DNA of 64,000 bases from an uncultured virus (IMG/VR IMGVR_UViG_3300042869_000764). Its lineage: Duplodnaviria; Heunggongvirae; Uroviricota; Caudoviricetes. The notes below the pieces were generated by a model. The model had not been told where the DNA came from, made no database searches, and saw only the letters and a list, made by a program, of their open reading frames with translations. A program made the translations under genes and the position numbers. The stretch is taken from IMG/VR virus record IMGVR_UViG_3300042869_000764; one strand, given 5' to 3'. Below, in pieces: positions 1-9,186 of the stretch (position 1 is the stretch's first letter; every line of letters begins with the position of its first letter).

Positions 1-432
1 GTATTTGCTTTGTTGTTAGCAGTTAACGCATGGTACGGCGGCAAGTTGTCCAGCACAGTATTAAACAATACACTAGGTGCTAACAATACTTGGGCACAGT
101 ATCAAGCCAAAGCAGGTCGCGGTGTTAGCTACGAAATTGCGGCTAAGACAACAGCCGATCCAAAGATCAAAGCAGAGTTCATGGCTGAAAAAGAACGCAT
201 GGATGCTGACAAGAAAGAAATTGCCGAAAAGGCTCGTGCCATGGAAGCAGCACGTGAAGAGGCTAAAAAGTCTAGTCCATGGATCGGTTATGCATCAACA
301 GCATATCAATTAGCAATCGTTGTGTTATCAGCAAGTATTCTTGCAGTTAGTATGGCCATGTTCTGGGGCAGCTTTGCTGTAGCAGGATTTGGAATATTAT
401 TAAGCCTAAACGGTTTATACCTTTGGTTTTAA
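1..432 (+). CDS. Membrane protein, DUF4337-like (5' truncated by window edge)
   Basis: Frame open from base 1; 'WAQYQAK' motif, coiled-coil middle and two C-terminal hydrophobic helices. Confidence 0.55.
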   Translation, partial: VFALLLAVNAWYGGKLSSTVLNNTLGANNTWAQYQAKAGRGVSYEIAAKTTADPKIKAEFMAEKERMDADKKEIAEKARAMEAAREEAKKSSPWIGYASTAYQLAIVVLSASILAVSMAMFWGSFAVAGFGILLSLNGLYLWF

Positions 433-458
433 ATAGTAAAGACAAATAGGAGCGAACT

Positions 459-1001
459 ATGTCAGAAGCAGTGAAAAGCGAAAGCGAACAAAAGAAAGAA
501 GATTGGATGAACAGCAAGTGGCGTCCAATGATGGGTTGGATGTATATGTTGGTATGTATGTTTGACATGATCTTATTCCCAGTACTATGGAGTTTGTTAC
601 AAACAGCAACTCATACTCCAATCACTCAATGGAATCCATTAACACTACAAGGTGCTGGTTTGTTTCACATCGCAATGGGTGCTGTTTTAGGTATTGCGGC
701 ATTTGGTCGCACACAAGAAAAACTAAATGGAGCAAACAATGGCGGCATGCAACCAGTGGCACAGAGCGTCACAACAACATATGGCGCACCTCAACCAGGA
801 TTTGGTGCACAGGCAGGAAGCTTCAGTGCTCCAGCATCAAGTGGCAGTTTCGGAGGCAGCTTTGGAAGCACATCTACTACTCCAGCACCGAGCAGCTTTG
901 GTGGCAGTCCAGGATTCGGAACGCCAGCGGCTAAACCATCAGTAGGCGTTTCTAGCAGTGGCAAACCAATGCCTGCACAGCCAGAGCAACCGGAAATTTA
1001 A
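459..1001 (+). CDS. Putative holin (3TM gene-transfer-agent holin-like) with Gly/Ser/Pro-rich tail
   Basis: WRPMMGWMY...LGIAAFGRTQEK pattern, hydrophobic helices, SD AGGAG, TAAATA just upstream. Confidence 0.65.
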   Translation: MSEAVKSESEQKKEDWMNSKWRPMMGWMYMLVCMFDMILFPVLWSLLQTATHTPITQWNPLTLQGAGLFHIAMGAVLGIAAFGRTQEKLNGANNGGMQPVAQSVTTTYGAPQPGFGAQAGSFSAPASSGSFGGSFGSTSTTPAPSSFGGSPGFGTPAAKPSVGVSSSGKPMPAQPEQPEI

Positions 1002-1013
1002 AAGGAGCAGGAT

Positions 1014-1136
1014 ATGTTAGATACATTACTATGGATAGCAGTAGGAGCATTTGTAGGATGGAATTTTCCACAGCCATTTTGGGCAAAGATTATTCAAGAA
1101 AAAATTCAAGCTATGATAGCTAAAAAAGGAGACTAA
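1014..1136 (+). CDS. Small membrane protein (40 aa, not in ORF track)
   Basis: SD AAGGAG then MLDTLLWIAVGAFVGWNFPQPFWAK...; fills gap between neighbours. Confidence 0.7.
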   Translation: MLDTLLWIAVGAFVGWNFPQPFWAKIIQEKIQAMIAKKGD

Positions 1137-1137
1137 T

Positions 1138-1362
1138 ATGAAGAACATTATTTTTGTAGCAGGACTTGCATTAGCGATGTCATTCCCTATATATGCAGCC
1201 GATGATACCAAACCAAAAACTAAAAAAGTCTGTGTGGATCAACAGGGCAAAGATGGTAAGCCTGTAATAGATCCTAAGACCAACAAACCAAAACAAAACT
1301 GCAAAGAAGTCAAAGTGCGTGAAAAACATGAAGGCACAGCAGTTCCTGAAAAGAAAAAATAA
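1138..1362 (+). CDS. Small exported protein with signal peptide and a Cys pair
   Basis: MKNIIFVAGLALAMSFPIYA signal-like N-terminus, Lys-rich mature part, SD AAGGAG. Confidence 0.65.
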   Translation: MKNIIFVAGLALAMSFPIYAADDTKPKTKKVCVDQQGKDGKPVIDPKTNKPKQNCKEVKVREKHEGTAVPEKKK

Positions 1363-1386
1363 AGCTCAGTAAATTTCTAATTAAAT

Positions 1387-1416
1387 AAAAGGACTGCTTG
1401 ACACAGTCCTTTTTTT
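1387..1416 (+). terminator. Intrinsic terminator (possibly bidirectional)
   Basis: AAAAGGACTG-cttgaca-CAGTCCTTTT stem-loop followed by T run. Confidence 0.8.
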
Positions 1417-1426
1417 ATCATATAAT
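1398..1426 (+). promoter_or_regulatory. Consensus sigma70 promoter for dnaJ (probably leaderless mRNA)
   Basis: TTGACA(1398-1403)-17 bp-TATAAT(1421-1426); ATG at 1433, no SD. Confidence 0.85.
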
Positions 1427-1432
1427 ATAAAC

Positions 1433-2269
1433 ATGGATTACTACGCTACCCTAGGACTAAAACGAAACGCCAGTGATGCCGAAATAAAAAAGGCATACCG
1501 AAGCATGGCCATGAAATATCACCCAGATCGAGGCGGTGATGAAAAGAAGTTCAAAGAAATATCACAGGCTTACGAATTTCTTAGCGACCCCCAGAAAAAA
1601 CAAATCATAGACCTTGGCGGTGATCCTAATGCACAGCCGGGCATGGGTAGAGGTCAAAATCCGTTTGAGTTTCATTTCGACACTGGTAATATGCATGACA
1701 TTTTCGGTAACTTTGGCTTTGGCGGATTTGGTCGCCAGCCTCAACGCAGAAATAGATCCCTAAACATCAATGTAGAAATTACCTTAGAAGATGTGCTTAA
1801 CGGCAAAGACTTTACCGCTGAAGTTTCAATCCCTGGTAAGAATAAGATGATCAACATTCAGATTCCTCCGGGCATAGAGCATGGACAACAAATTAGATAC
1901 GAAGGCATGGGTGATGATTCAATACCCAGTCTCAAACCAGGAGATTTATTGGTTAATGTCATAGTGCGTGAACACCCCATATACCGACGAGAAGGCACAT
2001 CGTTGATCGTAGAACGAGAAGTAAGTGTATGGGATGCATTGCTGGGAGCTAGTATAGAAATACAAACACTAGATCGTAAAACATTATCAATGAACTTGCC
2101 ACCCGGTACACAACCGGATACAGTAATGAGTTGCAGAGGTGAAGGTTTGCCCAATATGCGCACAAGGCAGCGAGGTAACTTATTGATAAAAATTAAAGTA
2201 TCAATCCCAAAAATTCTACAACCCGAGCAAATCGACCTAATACAACAGATCAAACAAGGAAATATGTAA
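1433..2269 (+). CDS. dnaJ: DnaJ/CbpA-type co-chaperone lacking the zinc finger
   Basis: J domain with HPD, G/F-rich linker, C-terminal substrate-binding domain, no CxxCxGxG repeats. Confidence 0.92.
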   Translation: MDYYATLGLKRNASDAEIKKAYRSMAMKYHPDRGGDEKKFKEISQAYEFLSDPQKKQIIDLGGDPNAQPGMGRGQNPFEFHFDTGNMHDIFGNFGFGGFGRQPQRRNRSLNINVEITLEDVLNGKDFTAEVSIPGKNKMINIQIPPGIEHGQQIRYEGMGDDSIPSLKPGDLLVNVIVREHPIYRREGTSLIVEREVSVWDALLGASIEIQTLDRKTLSMNLPPGTQPDTVMSCRGEGLPNMRTRQRGNLLIKIKVSIPKILQPEQIDLIQQIKQGNM

Positions 2270-4626
2270 TGATTGAACCCAGTAAGAGCCTACAAGAAAT
2301 TTTTGAAAAATCTATAGAGATGGCCAAGACTTTGAGTCACGAGTACATAACCATTGAACATATTATCTATGGCATTATGGATGATGAGGATTCTTATAAA
2401 CTATTAGAAAGTTTTGGTGCTGATGCTAAATTTGTTAAAACAAATATAGAACACTACTTAAAAAACAATCTCAATGATATTAAAACTACCAATGCCAACG
2501 CAAAACCTAAAAAGACCAACAGCGTAGAACGTGTGTTGAATCGTTGCTTTACACAGGTGTTGTTTAGCGGTAGACAGCGCATGGAGATAGCAGATATCAT
2601 TATCAGTGTGCTGTCAGAGAAAAACAGTTTCGGTTACTACTTTCTTACCAAGGCCGGGGTGACTAAAGAAAAGTTTGTAAAGTATTTCCAAGAAAATGTG
2701 CAGGTTACCGAAGACGCCGAAGTTGAAACAAGAATAGTGAACTCAAATCAAATAGATCGAATATTGAATCAGTTTTGTACCAATCTCAGTCTCAAGGCCA
2801 AACAGCGAAAACTTGATCCTGTAATAGGCCGTGATGACGAAATAGAAAAAATACAATTGGTATTGGCACGTCGAAACAAGGCCAACGTGTTAATGGTAGG
2901 TGATCCCGGAGTGGGTAAAACTGCTATTGCTGAGGGCATTGCTCGTAAGATTCACGAAGGCAAGGTTCCTAAATTTATCAAGGACCATCAAGTCTATACT
3001 TTGGACATCAGTGCTCTCCTAGCAGGATCAAAGTATCGTGGTGATTTCGAAGAACGAGTTAAAGCGGTGTTGGCTGCACTAGAGAAAAAAGGCAAGATCA
3101 TCTTGTTCATCGACGAAGCACACATGATGAACGGTGCGGGTGCTGCAAATGGCAGTTCAAACGACATGGCCAATATGTTGAAACCCATACTTACCAAAGG
3201 TGTTCTCAAGCTGATAGCATCTACCACATGGGAAGAATATCGCAAGCACTTCGAAGGCGATCGTGCGCTGATGCGTCGATTCCAACGTGTGACCGTTGAA
3301 GAGCCTACACCAGAAATGGCTGTGAAGATCCTTAAAGGTCTAAAGAAATACTACGAGCAACATCACAATGTAAAAATATCCGATGCAGCCATCGAACAAG
3401 CAGTTAAGCTCAGTGTCAAATATATGAGTGATAAAAAACTGCCTGACAAGGCTATTGATATTATTGACTGTGCCTGTGCTAGATATAAGCTCAAAGATGA
3501 TGAGGGCATGGAAGGTGTTACACAGATTGTAGACATCGAACAGGTCACCTACGAACTCAGTAAGATGATTAACATGCCATTAGAAACCGTGGCGCAAAAA
3601 GAAAGCAAAAATCTTTCAGAGTTAGACACTCAGATGAAGGGTGTGGTCTACGGACAAGATAATGCTGTAGATACATTGTTAGATAAAATCTTTGTGAGTC
3701 AGGCTGGCATGAAGGCACCTAACAAGCCTATTGGGTCATTCCTATTCTTGGGACCCACAGGCTGTGGCAAAACCGAAACTGCTAAACAATTATCAGATAA
3801 AATGGGTATGCAGTTAATCCGATTTGACATGGGTGAGTATCAGGAAAAGCATTCAGTAGCAAGATTAATTGGTGCTCCTCCGGGTTATGTTGGTTACGAA
3901 GATAATGCTGGTATGTTGATCACCAAACTACAAGAAACACCCAACGCTATCTTACTATTAGACGAAGTTGAAAAAGCTCATCCGGATGTTATGAATATTC
4001 TTCTAGCGTTCATGGACAATGGTTTTATCACCGGATCCAATGGCAAAGTAGCAGACGGTCGTAATACTATTTTGATTATGACGTCAAATCTCGGAGCCGC
4101 TGACAACGAACTCAACACCATCGGATTTGGCGAACTAGAACGTGATGGCGAAGATGACAGAGCCATTAAGAAACATTTCAGCCCAGAATTCCGCAATAGA
4201 CTAGATGCTGTAATCAAGTTCTCTAAACTCAGTGGCGATACTGTGATCCAGATCGTCAAGAAGTTTGTGGCTGATCTCAACAGTCAATTAAAAGACAAAG
4301 GCATTGAGATCGTGGTTAACGCCAAGGCCACACGTTGGCTAGCAGATCGAGGCTACGACAAGAAGATGGGTGCTAGACCATTGGCACGAATCATCGACAA
4401 TGAAATCAAGAGCCCACTAAGTCGCAGAGTGCTGTTCGGTGATCTAGTAAATGGTGGAAGAGTTACCGTGGATATCATCGATGACAAATTGGATTTCACA
4501 GTGGTTGAGATACCAAAACCGTTGACCAAGGAAGAAAGAAAAGCTCTTAGGGCGCAACGAATTGCTGAAGCAGCAAATACACAAGAACAAGATGCTACAA
4601 CTGAAAACCAAATCGACCAGTCGTAA
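2269..4626 (+). CDS. clpA: ClpA-type AAA+ unfoldase
   Basis: Clp N domain, Walker A GDPGVGKT and GPTGCGKT, GSKYRGDFEER, GAPPGYVG, IGF ClpP-docking loop, no ClpB middle domain. Confidence 0.92.
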   Translation: MIEPSKSLQEIFEKSIEMAKTLSHEYITIEHIIYGIMDDEDSYKLLESFGADAKFVKTNIEHYLKNNLNDIKTTNANAKPKKTNSVERVLNRCFTQVLFSGRQRMEIADIIISVLSEKNSFGYYFLTKAGVTKEKFVKYFQENVQVTEDAEVETRIVNSNQIDRILNQFCTNLSLKAKQRKLDPVIGRDDEIEKIQLVLARRNKANVLMVGDPGVGKTAIAEGIARKIHEGKVPKFIKDHQVYTLDISALLAGSKYRGDFEERVKAVLAALEKKGKIILFIDEAHMMNGAGAANGSSNDMANMLKPILTKGVLKLIASTTWEEYRKHFEGDRALMRRFQRVTVEEPTPEMAVKILKGLKKYYEQHHNVKISDAAIEQAVKLSVKYMSDKKLPDKAIDIIDCACARYKLKDDEGMEGVTQIVDIEQVTYELSKMINMPLETVAQKESKNLSELDTQMKGVVYGQDNAVDTLLDKIFVSQAGMKAPNKPIGSFLFLGPTGCGKTETAKQLSDKMGMQLIRFDMGEYQEKHSVARLIGAPPGYVGYEDNAGMLITKLQETPNAILLLDEVEKAHPDVMNILLAFMDNGFITGSNGKVADGRNTILIMTSNLGAADNELNTIGFGELERDGEDDRAIKKHFSPEFRNRLDAVIKFSKLSGDTVIQIVKKFVADLNSQLKDKGIEIVVNAKATRWLADRGYDKKMGARPLARIIDNEIKSPLSRRVLFGDLVNGGRVTVDIIDDKLDFTVVEIPKPLTKEERKALRAQRIAEAANTQEQDATTENQIDQS

Positions 4627-5275
4627 GTTCTACAACAAATGGTTATATAAAATCAGCCTGCAAATAGACGGCTGTGTGATATTTCGCACACAGCCTATTT
4701 CAAATATCAAGGACTGGTTAGAAAATTCTAACAGTGACAGCGGATATCATTATGATAATTGGCGTAGGGCCACAGCTAATAAAGAAATAATAAGCAGCGT
4801 TTGTGACTTTTTTAGTTCCTACGACGAAGATGCATACGCAACAAGGGTTGAAAGGAATAGACTAGATGTTTATACCAACGATGCCGAGTTCTACGAAAAA
4901 CTCAGCCTAGCTAGCCAAGATTACTTGGTGCATAGATTTGAACCCAACATCAACAATCTCGATGTGTTGAATAATTCACAGAACTGTATCACAGTGAGTA
5001 AACTGCCCAAGGACAGATATCGCTATCGCGTGTATCTCATGCCGCATAAAATGGCCAAAGATCGTGAAGGCAAACAGAAATATCTAGCCTGGCTGAAATC
5101 ACAAGCCCCTAGAATAACCTGCACTCCTGCGATCGAACGTTGGTTCTTGACCACAGATTGGAATTGGGACCGTAGATATGTATTAGTTGAAGATGAATCC
5201 ACACTGCTAATGATGAAACTGCGTGGTGCTGACGTTGTGGGCAGAGTATATAACTTTATAGTATGCGATAAATAG
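4592..5275 (+). CDS. Hypothetical protein
   Basis: Long ORF overlapping clpA end; ATG at 4592 chosen. Confidence 0.7.
   Translation: MLQLKTKSTSRKFYNKWLYKISLQIDGCVIFRTQPISNIKDWLENSNSDSGYHYDNWRRATANKEIISSVCDFFSSYDEDAYATRVERNRLDVYTNDAEFYEKLSLASQDYLVHRFEPNINNLDVLNNSQNCITVSKLPKDRYRYRVYLMPHKMAKDREGKQKYLAWLKSQAPRITCTPAIERWFLTTDWNWDRRYVLVEDESTLLMMKLRGADVVGRVYNFIVCDK
5267..5274 (+). promoter_or_regulatory. T4-like late promoter (GATAAATA), near-leaderless
   Basis: Matches recurrent nATAAATA motif; ATG 4 nt downstream. Confidence 0.55.
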
Positions 5276-5278
5276 TTG

Positions 5279-5644
5279 ATGAGCAGAGAAACCATAGTAT
5301 TATTATCAAATATCACTGACGATAGTCAGCCCTCTACGTGGCAATACGGCGAAAAACACATAGGTGCAGGCTATTACAAAAACGGTAACGGTGTGCATAC
5401 TATGACTTTTGAGCTGAATAATTTCAAGGGCAGCATTAAAATACAGGCCACTCTAGACCTAAATCCCGGTGTCAACGACTGGGTTGATGTAGTTCTCGAT
5501 AGTTCAGACACTGTGTTAACTGCTATAGATAGCACACCTGTTACTACTAACGCTGCCTGCACATTCACTGGTAAATTTGTGTTCATACGTGTGGCGTATC
5601 AGCTGGAACAGGGCATAATCACCGAAGTTCGGTATAATCACTAA
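5279..5644 (+). CDS. Hypothetical beta-rich late protein (possibly virion)
   Basis: ORF behind late-promoter motif; alternating beta-strand pattern. Confidence 0.65.
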   Translation: MSRETIVLLSNITDDSQPSTWQYGEKHIGAGYYKNGNGVHTMTFELNNFKGSIKIQATLDLNPGVNDWVDVVLDSSDTVLTAIDSTPVTTNAACTFTGKFVFIRVAYQLEQGIITEVRYNH

Positions 5645-5656
5645 ACTGTTTGAGAC

Positions 5657-5691
5657 GATAAATATAGTATGACCTCGAGAGGAATACTATG
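5657..5691 (+). promoter_or_regulatory. Late promoter with RBS-sequestering hairpin
   Basis: GATAAATA 5657-5664; ATAGTAT(5664-5670) pairs with ATACTAT(5684-5690), which covers the start codon; SD lies in inner stem/loop. Confidence 0.65.
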
Positions 5692-6765
5692 AGAGACCTG
5701 TTATCTAAATTAGACGCTATAGTAAGCGAAACAGCATTAAAAAATCCTGAAGATCTTCAGGCCAAACGCAAAGCCCTGGCAGATCTTGAAAAAGATCCTG
5801 TGGCTAGCACCGATCCAGAAATCAGCAGTGCAATTACACAAAGAAAAACAGATCTCGAAAAAGAGGCCAAATCTAAAGGATTTGCAGAATCATTTGAAGT
5901 AGGTGACGAGTTTGGTATCAGCTTTTCAGAAGATCACGAGATTGCCACTACTATTGTAGATATTCTAGAAGATGGCATTGTAATCGAATTAGATGACACC
6001 GCACTAGAGATGCTGACTAATGAAGGCTTACAATTCTTAGAAGGTGAACTAGTAGAAGACAAAGTCAAAGGCACACACGGCAAGGCCTGTTGGAAAGGCT
6101 ATCGCAGAGTCGGCAAGAACGACTGCACAAAGATAGGTGAAAGCGGATTACAAAGATATACAGGTATTAAAAAATACGGCAAAGATGGATTTGAAGCACT
6201 ACAGAAAGCAGGGCGTGAGGGTGCTGACGAAGAAGAAAAAGGTCGTATCAAGGACAAGTATCTAAAAAAAGAAGATCACGGTCCCGAGAATCCAGATGCA
6301 CCTGTGAACTACGGCGAATATGATCGCGAAGGCGACATGGCCAAGGATGATCTACGCACCATAGACAGTGCTGCCGAAGAACTATACAGTATTCTACAAG
6401 CGGACGACAATCTTCCAGAATGGGTGCAGAGTAAGATCACCAAAGCTGTGGACTATATTGACACAGCTCGTGATTATATGAAAGCACAGAAATACGAAGA
6501 AGGTGTAGCAGAAGGAGATGTTGACGAAGCAAAGTATCAAGGCCGCGAAGTTCCATTAGGTAAAAAGATGGCTGGTGATGTCAAGAAATCCAAAGTATAT
6601 GTTCGCAAGCCTAATGGTAACATTGTCAAAGTAAACTTCGGTGACAAGAAAATGCGTATCAAAAAATCCAATCCTGCACGTAGAAAATCATTCCGTGCTC
6701 GTCATAATTGTGCTAATCCAGGACCTCGTCATAAAGCCAGATACTGGTCTTGCCGGAGCTGGTAA
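5689..6765 (+). CDS. Modular putative internal head (poly)protein
   Basis: Patchwork of short acidic and basic/Cys modules separated by [ILV]xE sites (IVSE, LVE, IGE, VAE, VDE). Confidence 0.6.
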   Translation: MRDLLSKLDAIVSETALKNPEDLQAKRKALADLEKDPVASTDPEISSAITQRKTDLEKEAKSKGFAESFEVGDEFGISFSEDHEIATTIVDILEDGIVIELDDTALEMLTNEGLQFLEGELVEDKVKGTHGKACWKGYRRVGKNDCTKIGESGLQRYTGIKKYGKDGFEALQKAGREGADEEEKGRIKDKYLKKEDHGPENPDAPVNYGEYDREGDMAKDDLRTIDSAAEELYSILQADDNLPEWVQSKITKAVDYIDTARDYMKAQKYEEGVAEGDVDEAKYQGREVPLGKKMAGDVKKSKVYVRKPNGNIVKVNFGDKKMRIKKSNPARRKSFRARHNCANPGPRHKARYWSCRSW

Positions 6766-7100
6766 TGTTATTAAAAGAAATGTTCAGTGCCATTGGCGCA
6801 CCCAAAGACGAACAACAAGAAATCGATTGGTTGGATGATTTAAAATTTTTCATCGACAACGATTCAAAAATGCTGGACCAGTATTTTTTCCCTGCGGTGA
6901 AACGTCATCGCGAGCACAGAGGCAATCCCAATGTATTCAAGGTCTACATCCGACCATTAGAAAAGTGCATGGGTCATTATTGCGACAAATACGATATCGA
7001 CGATGCGGAACAAAAGTTTCCCAAAGACAAGCTCATAGACTTGGCCAAACGTATTGCCGGTGAGCAAGAAAAACACATAGAAAAAGGCGACTACGATTAA
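6765..7100 (+). CDS. Hypothetical protein with MLLKEMF N-terminus
   Basis: TAATG coupling to upstream gene; N-terminus resembles neighbours. Confidence 0.7.
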   Translation: MLLKEMFSAIGAPKDEQQEIDWLDDLKFFIDNDSKMLDQYFFPAVKRHREHRGNPNVFKVYIRPLEKCMGHYCDKYDIDDAEQKFPKDKLIDLAKRIAGEQEKHIEKGDYD

Positions 7101-8245
7101 TGCTGTTAAATGAATTGTTCGAAGCCGGAACCAAACATGTGACATTCTGCTTTGGCAGAATGAATCCACCTACCATTGGTCACAAACAGGTATTAGATAC
7201 CATGAAAAGCCAAGGCGGAGAAATGAAAATTTTTGTCAGCCAAAGTCAAGACAAAAAGAAAAACCCATTGGACTATGCTACCAAGATCAAATTCATTAAG
7301 GAAATGTTCCCCCAGTATGCCAAGGATGTTGTAGAGAATGCAGCATTAAACACCATCGGCAAGGTGGCCAGCTACCTACATGAGCAGGGTTACAACGCAG
7401 TTACCTTCGTAGCAGGCTCAGATCGCCTAGAAGACATGAAAAGCCTTCTCACACAATACAACGGTGTCGAAGGCAAAGCACATGGTTTTTATAAGTTTGA
7501 CGTAATTGATTTTGCCAGCAGCGGAGACCGTGAAGACGGTGCCGAAGGTGTAGCAGGAGTCAGCGCCAGCGGTGCAAGAGCAGCAGCAGCTAATAATGAT
7601 TTCGAAGCATTCCAAGAATCCACTGGCGCAGGCGAGTTGTCCAAACCGTTGTTCGCTGCTGTGAGAAAAGGCATGGGAATCAAGGGCGAAGTAGAAGAAG
7701 GCTGGAAAAGCAAAGCTGCTGGTGCAGCATTGGCCGCCGCCAATCTTTTAGGAAGTCCTGCTCAGGCAGCAGAAGAACCTGTTAAGCCTATCACCATTGC
7801 CTATGTAATGATTGACGGCGAGGTTAGAAAATATAATTTAGGTGATAAATTCGATAATGCTAGAGAAGCAGAAAAATTTATCAGCGGAGTTTTAGATAAA
7901 CAAGGACTGCAGGGATATACGTTAAATATCAAACACGGATATCCTAAAAAGAAAGAAGAAGTCAAAGAAGCTCCAATTGAAATGGATCCCAGCGATCCCA
8001 TGGATCCAATGATATATGGTACTGGCAGCAATCCTGCTAAATTAAAATATCGTATGCTACGTGCTGCTGGTCAATTAAAAGATCTTGCAGCTCGGGCAGA
8101 AAACGCCAGTCCGGGTGAATGGCAAATCATGGCTCGTCAGTTTGAAGAACTGAAAATGAACATGGAACAAATTCGTCATGCGCTCGAAGAGCTAGGTAAA
8201 ATCAAAAGCAAGGGCGGAATACGATCAAGAGGTATTACAGTATGA
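7100..8245 (+). CDS. Cytidylyltransferase-like (HxGH) nucleotidyltransferase with fused C-terminal modules
   Basis: FGRMNPPTIGH, VAGSDR, VSAS motifs; MLLNELFE leader; extra modules after VEE and VKE. Confidence 0.75.
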   Translation: MLLNELFEAGTKHVTFCFGRMNPPTIGHKQVLDTMKSQGGEMKIFVSQSQDKKKNPLDYATKIKFIKEMFPQYAKDVVENAALNTIGKVASYLHEQGYNAVTFVAGSDRLEDMKSLLTQYNGVEGKAHGFYKFDVIDFASSGDREDGAEGVAGVSASGARAAAANNDFEAFQESTGAGELSKPLFAAVRKGMGIKGEVEEGWKSKAAGAALAAANLLGSPAQAAEEPVKPITIAYVMIDGEVRKYNLGDKFDNAREAEKFISGVLDKQGLQGYTLNIKHGYPKKKEEVKEAPIEMDPSDPMDPMIYGTGSNPAKLKYRMLRAAGQLKDLAARAENASPGEWQIMARQFEELKMNMEQIRHALEELGKIKSKGGIRSRGITV

Positions 8246-8622
8246 GAGCCAAAGACATTATACCAGCCAGCCGGCCTAGAAACTTTGTTGCTAAAAATTC
8301 TAAAAGCGCAGGTGCTGGCGCTCACAAAGATAAAAAGCGGGCAGAGAAACAGGGCGACACTAAACATAAGAAAGATTTGATTCCTATGGAGCAAGATGTA
8401 GCGGAAGGTAAAAGTCTTCAAGACTACATAGAAGCAGGTGTATGCCCTATATGTCACGGAGACATGGTCTCAGAAGACCAACTTGAAGAAGGCAAGAAAG
8501 ATGCCTGCTATCACAAGATCAAAGCTTCGTCCAAGGTTTGGCCCAGTGCCTATGCGTCAGGACGATTGGTACAGTGTCGCAAAGCAGGTGCTGCTAATTA
8601 TGGCAAGGGCAAGAAGAAGTGA
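8242..8622 (+). CDS. Basic modular protein, putative internal head protein
   Basis: ATGA coupling; VAE/LEE sites; CPIC module and 'DACYHK...WPSAYASG...CRK' module. Confidence 0.65.
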   Translation: MRAKDIIPASRPRNFVAKNSKSAGAGAHKDKKRAEKQGDTKHKKDLIPMEQDVAEGKSLQDYIEAGVCPICHGDMVSEDQLEEGKKDACYHKIKASSKVWPSAYASGRLVQCRKAGAANYGKGKKK

Positions 8623-8987
8623 GAGCATATGAGTTTGTCACTGAGAAGTGGACTAAAAAATATAAAAAGTCCATAAACTGTTCTAACCCCAAAGGGTTTA
8701 GTCAACGAGCTCACTGCCAAGGTCGTAAAAAATCAGAAGACATAGCACCCATAGATGAAAATCTGCGTCAGTGGTTCAAAGACAAATGGGTCCGCTTTGG
8801 ACCAGATGGCAAGATACGTGGCGACTGTGCTAGAGACAGTGAGAAAGAAGGCAAGCCTAAGTGTCTACCACAGAGCAAGGCTCACGCACTAGGCAAGAAA
8901 GGTCGTGCCACTGCTGCTGCTCGCAAACGTCGTGAAGACCCCAATGCCAATCGCAAAGGAGCAGCTAAAAATGTCAGAACTAGATGA
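8619..8987 (+). CDS. Basic two-module protein, putative internal head protein
   Basis: GTGA coupling; MRAYEFVTE leader; Lys/Arg-rich Cys-pair modules separated by IDE. Confidence 0.65.
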   Translation: MRAYEFVTEKWTKKYKKSINCSNPKGFSQRAHCQGRKKSEDIAPIDENLRQWFKDKWVRFGPDGKIRGDCARDSEKEGKPKCLPQSKAHALGKKGRATAAARKRREDPNANRKGAAKNVRTR

Positions 8988-9186
8988 ACTGAAAAAATTA
9001 GCTGGTATCACAGAATATCAAGGATATCAACCATATGCTGGCAGTAACATAAGTATAACTGGTAATGAAAAAGGTGAACTTATGAAAAAACATGATATAA
9101 GACCAGGCACCGAAGAATGGTTTAAGCTATGGTTTAGTTTGCCTTACTTAACAGGCGAAAAGCCTATTGGAAAACAAAATGGTTGA
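8971..9186 (+). CDS. Hypothetical protein
   Basis: SD AAGGAG then [15 protein letters not shown]... Confidence 0.7.
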   Translation: MSELDELKKLAGITEYQGYQPYAGSNISITGNEKGELMKKHDIRPGTEEWFKLWFSLPYLTGEKPIGKQNG

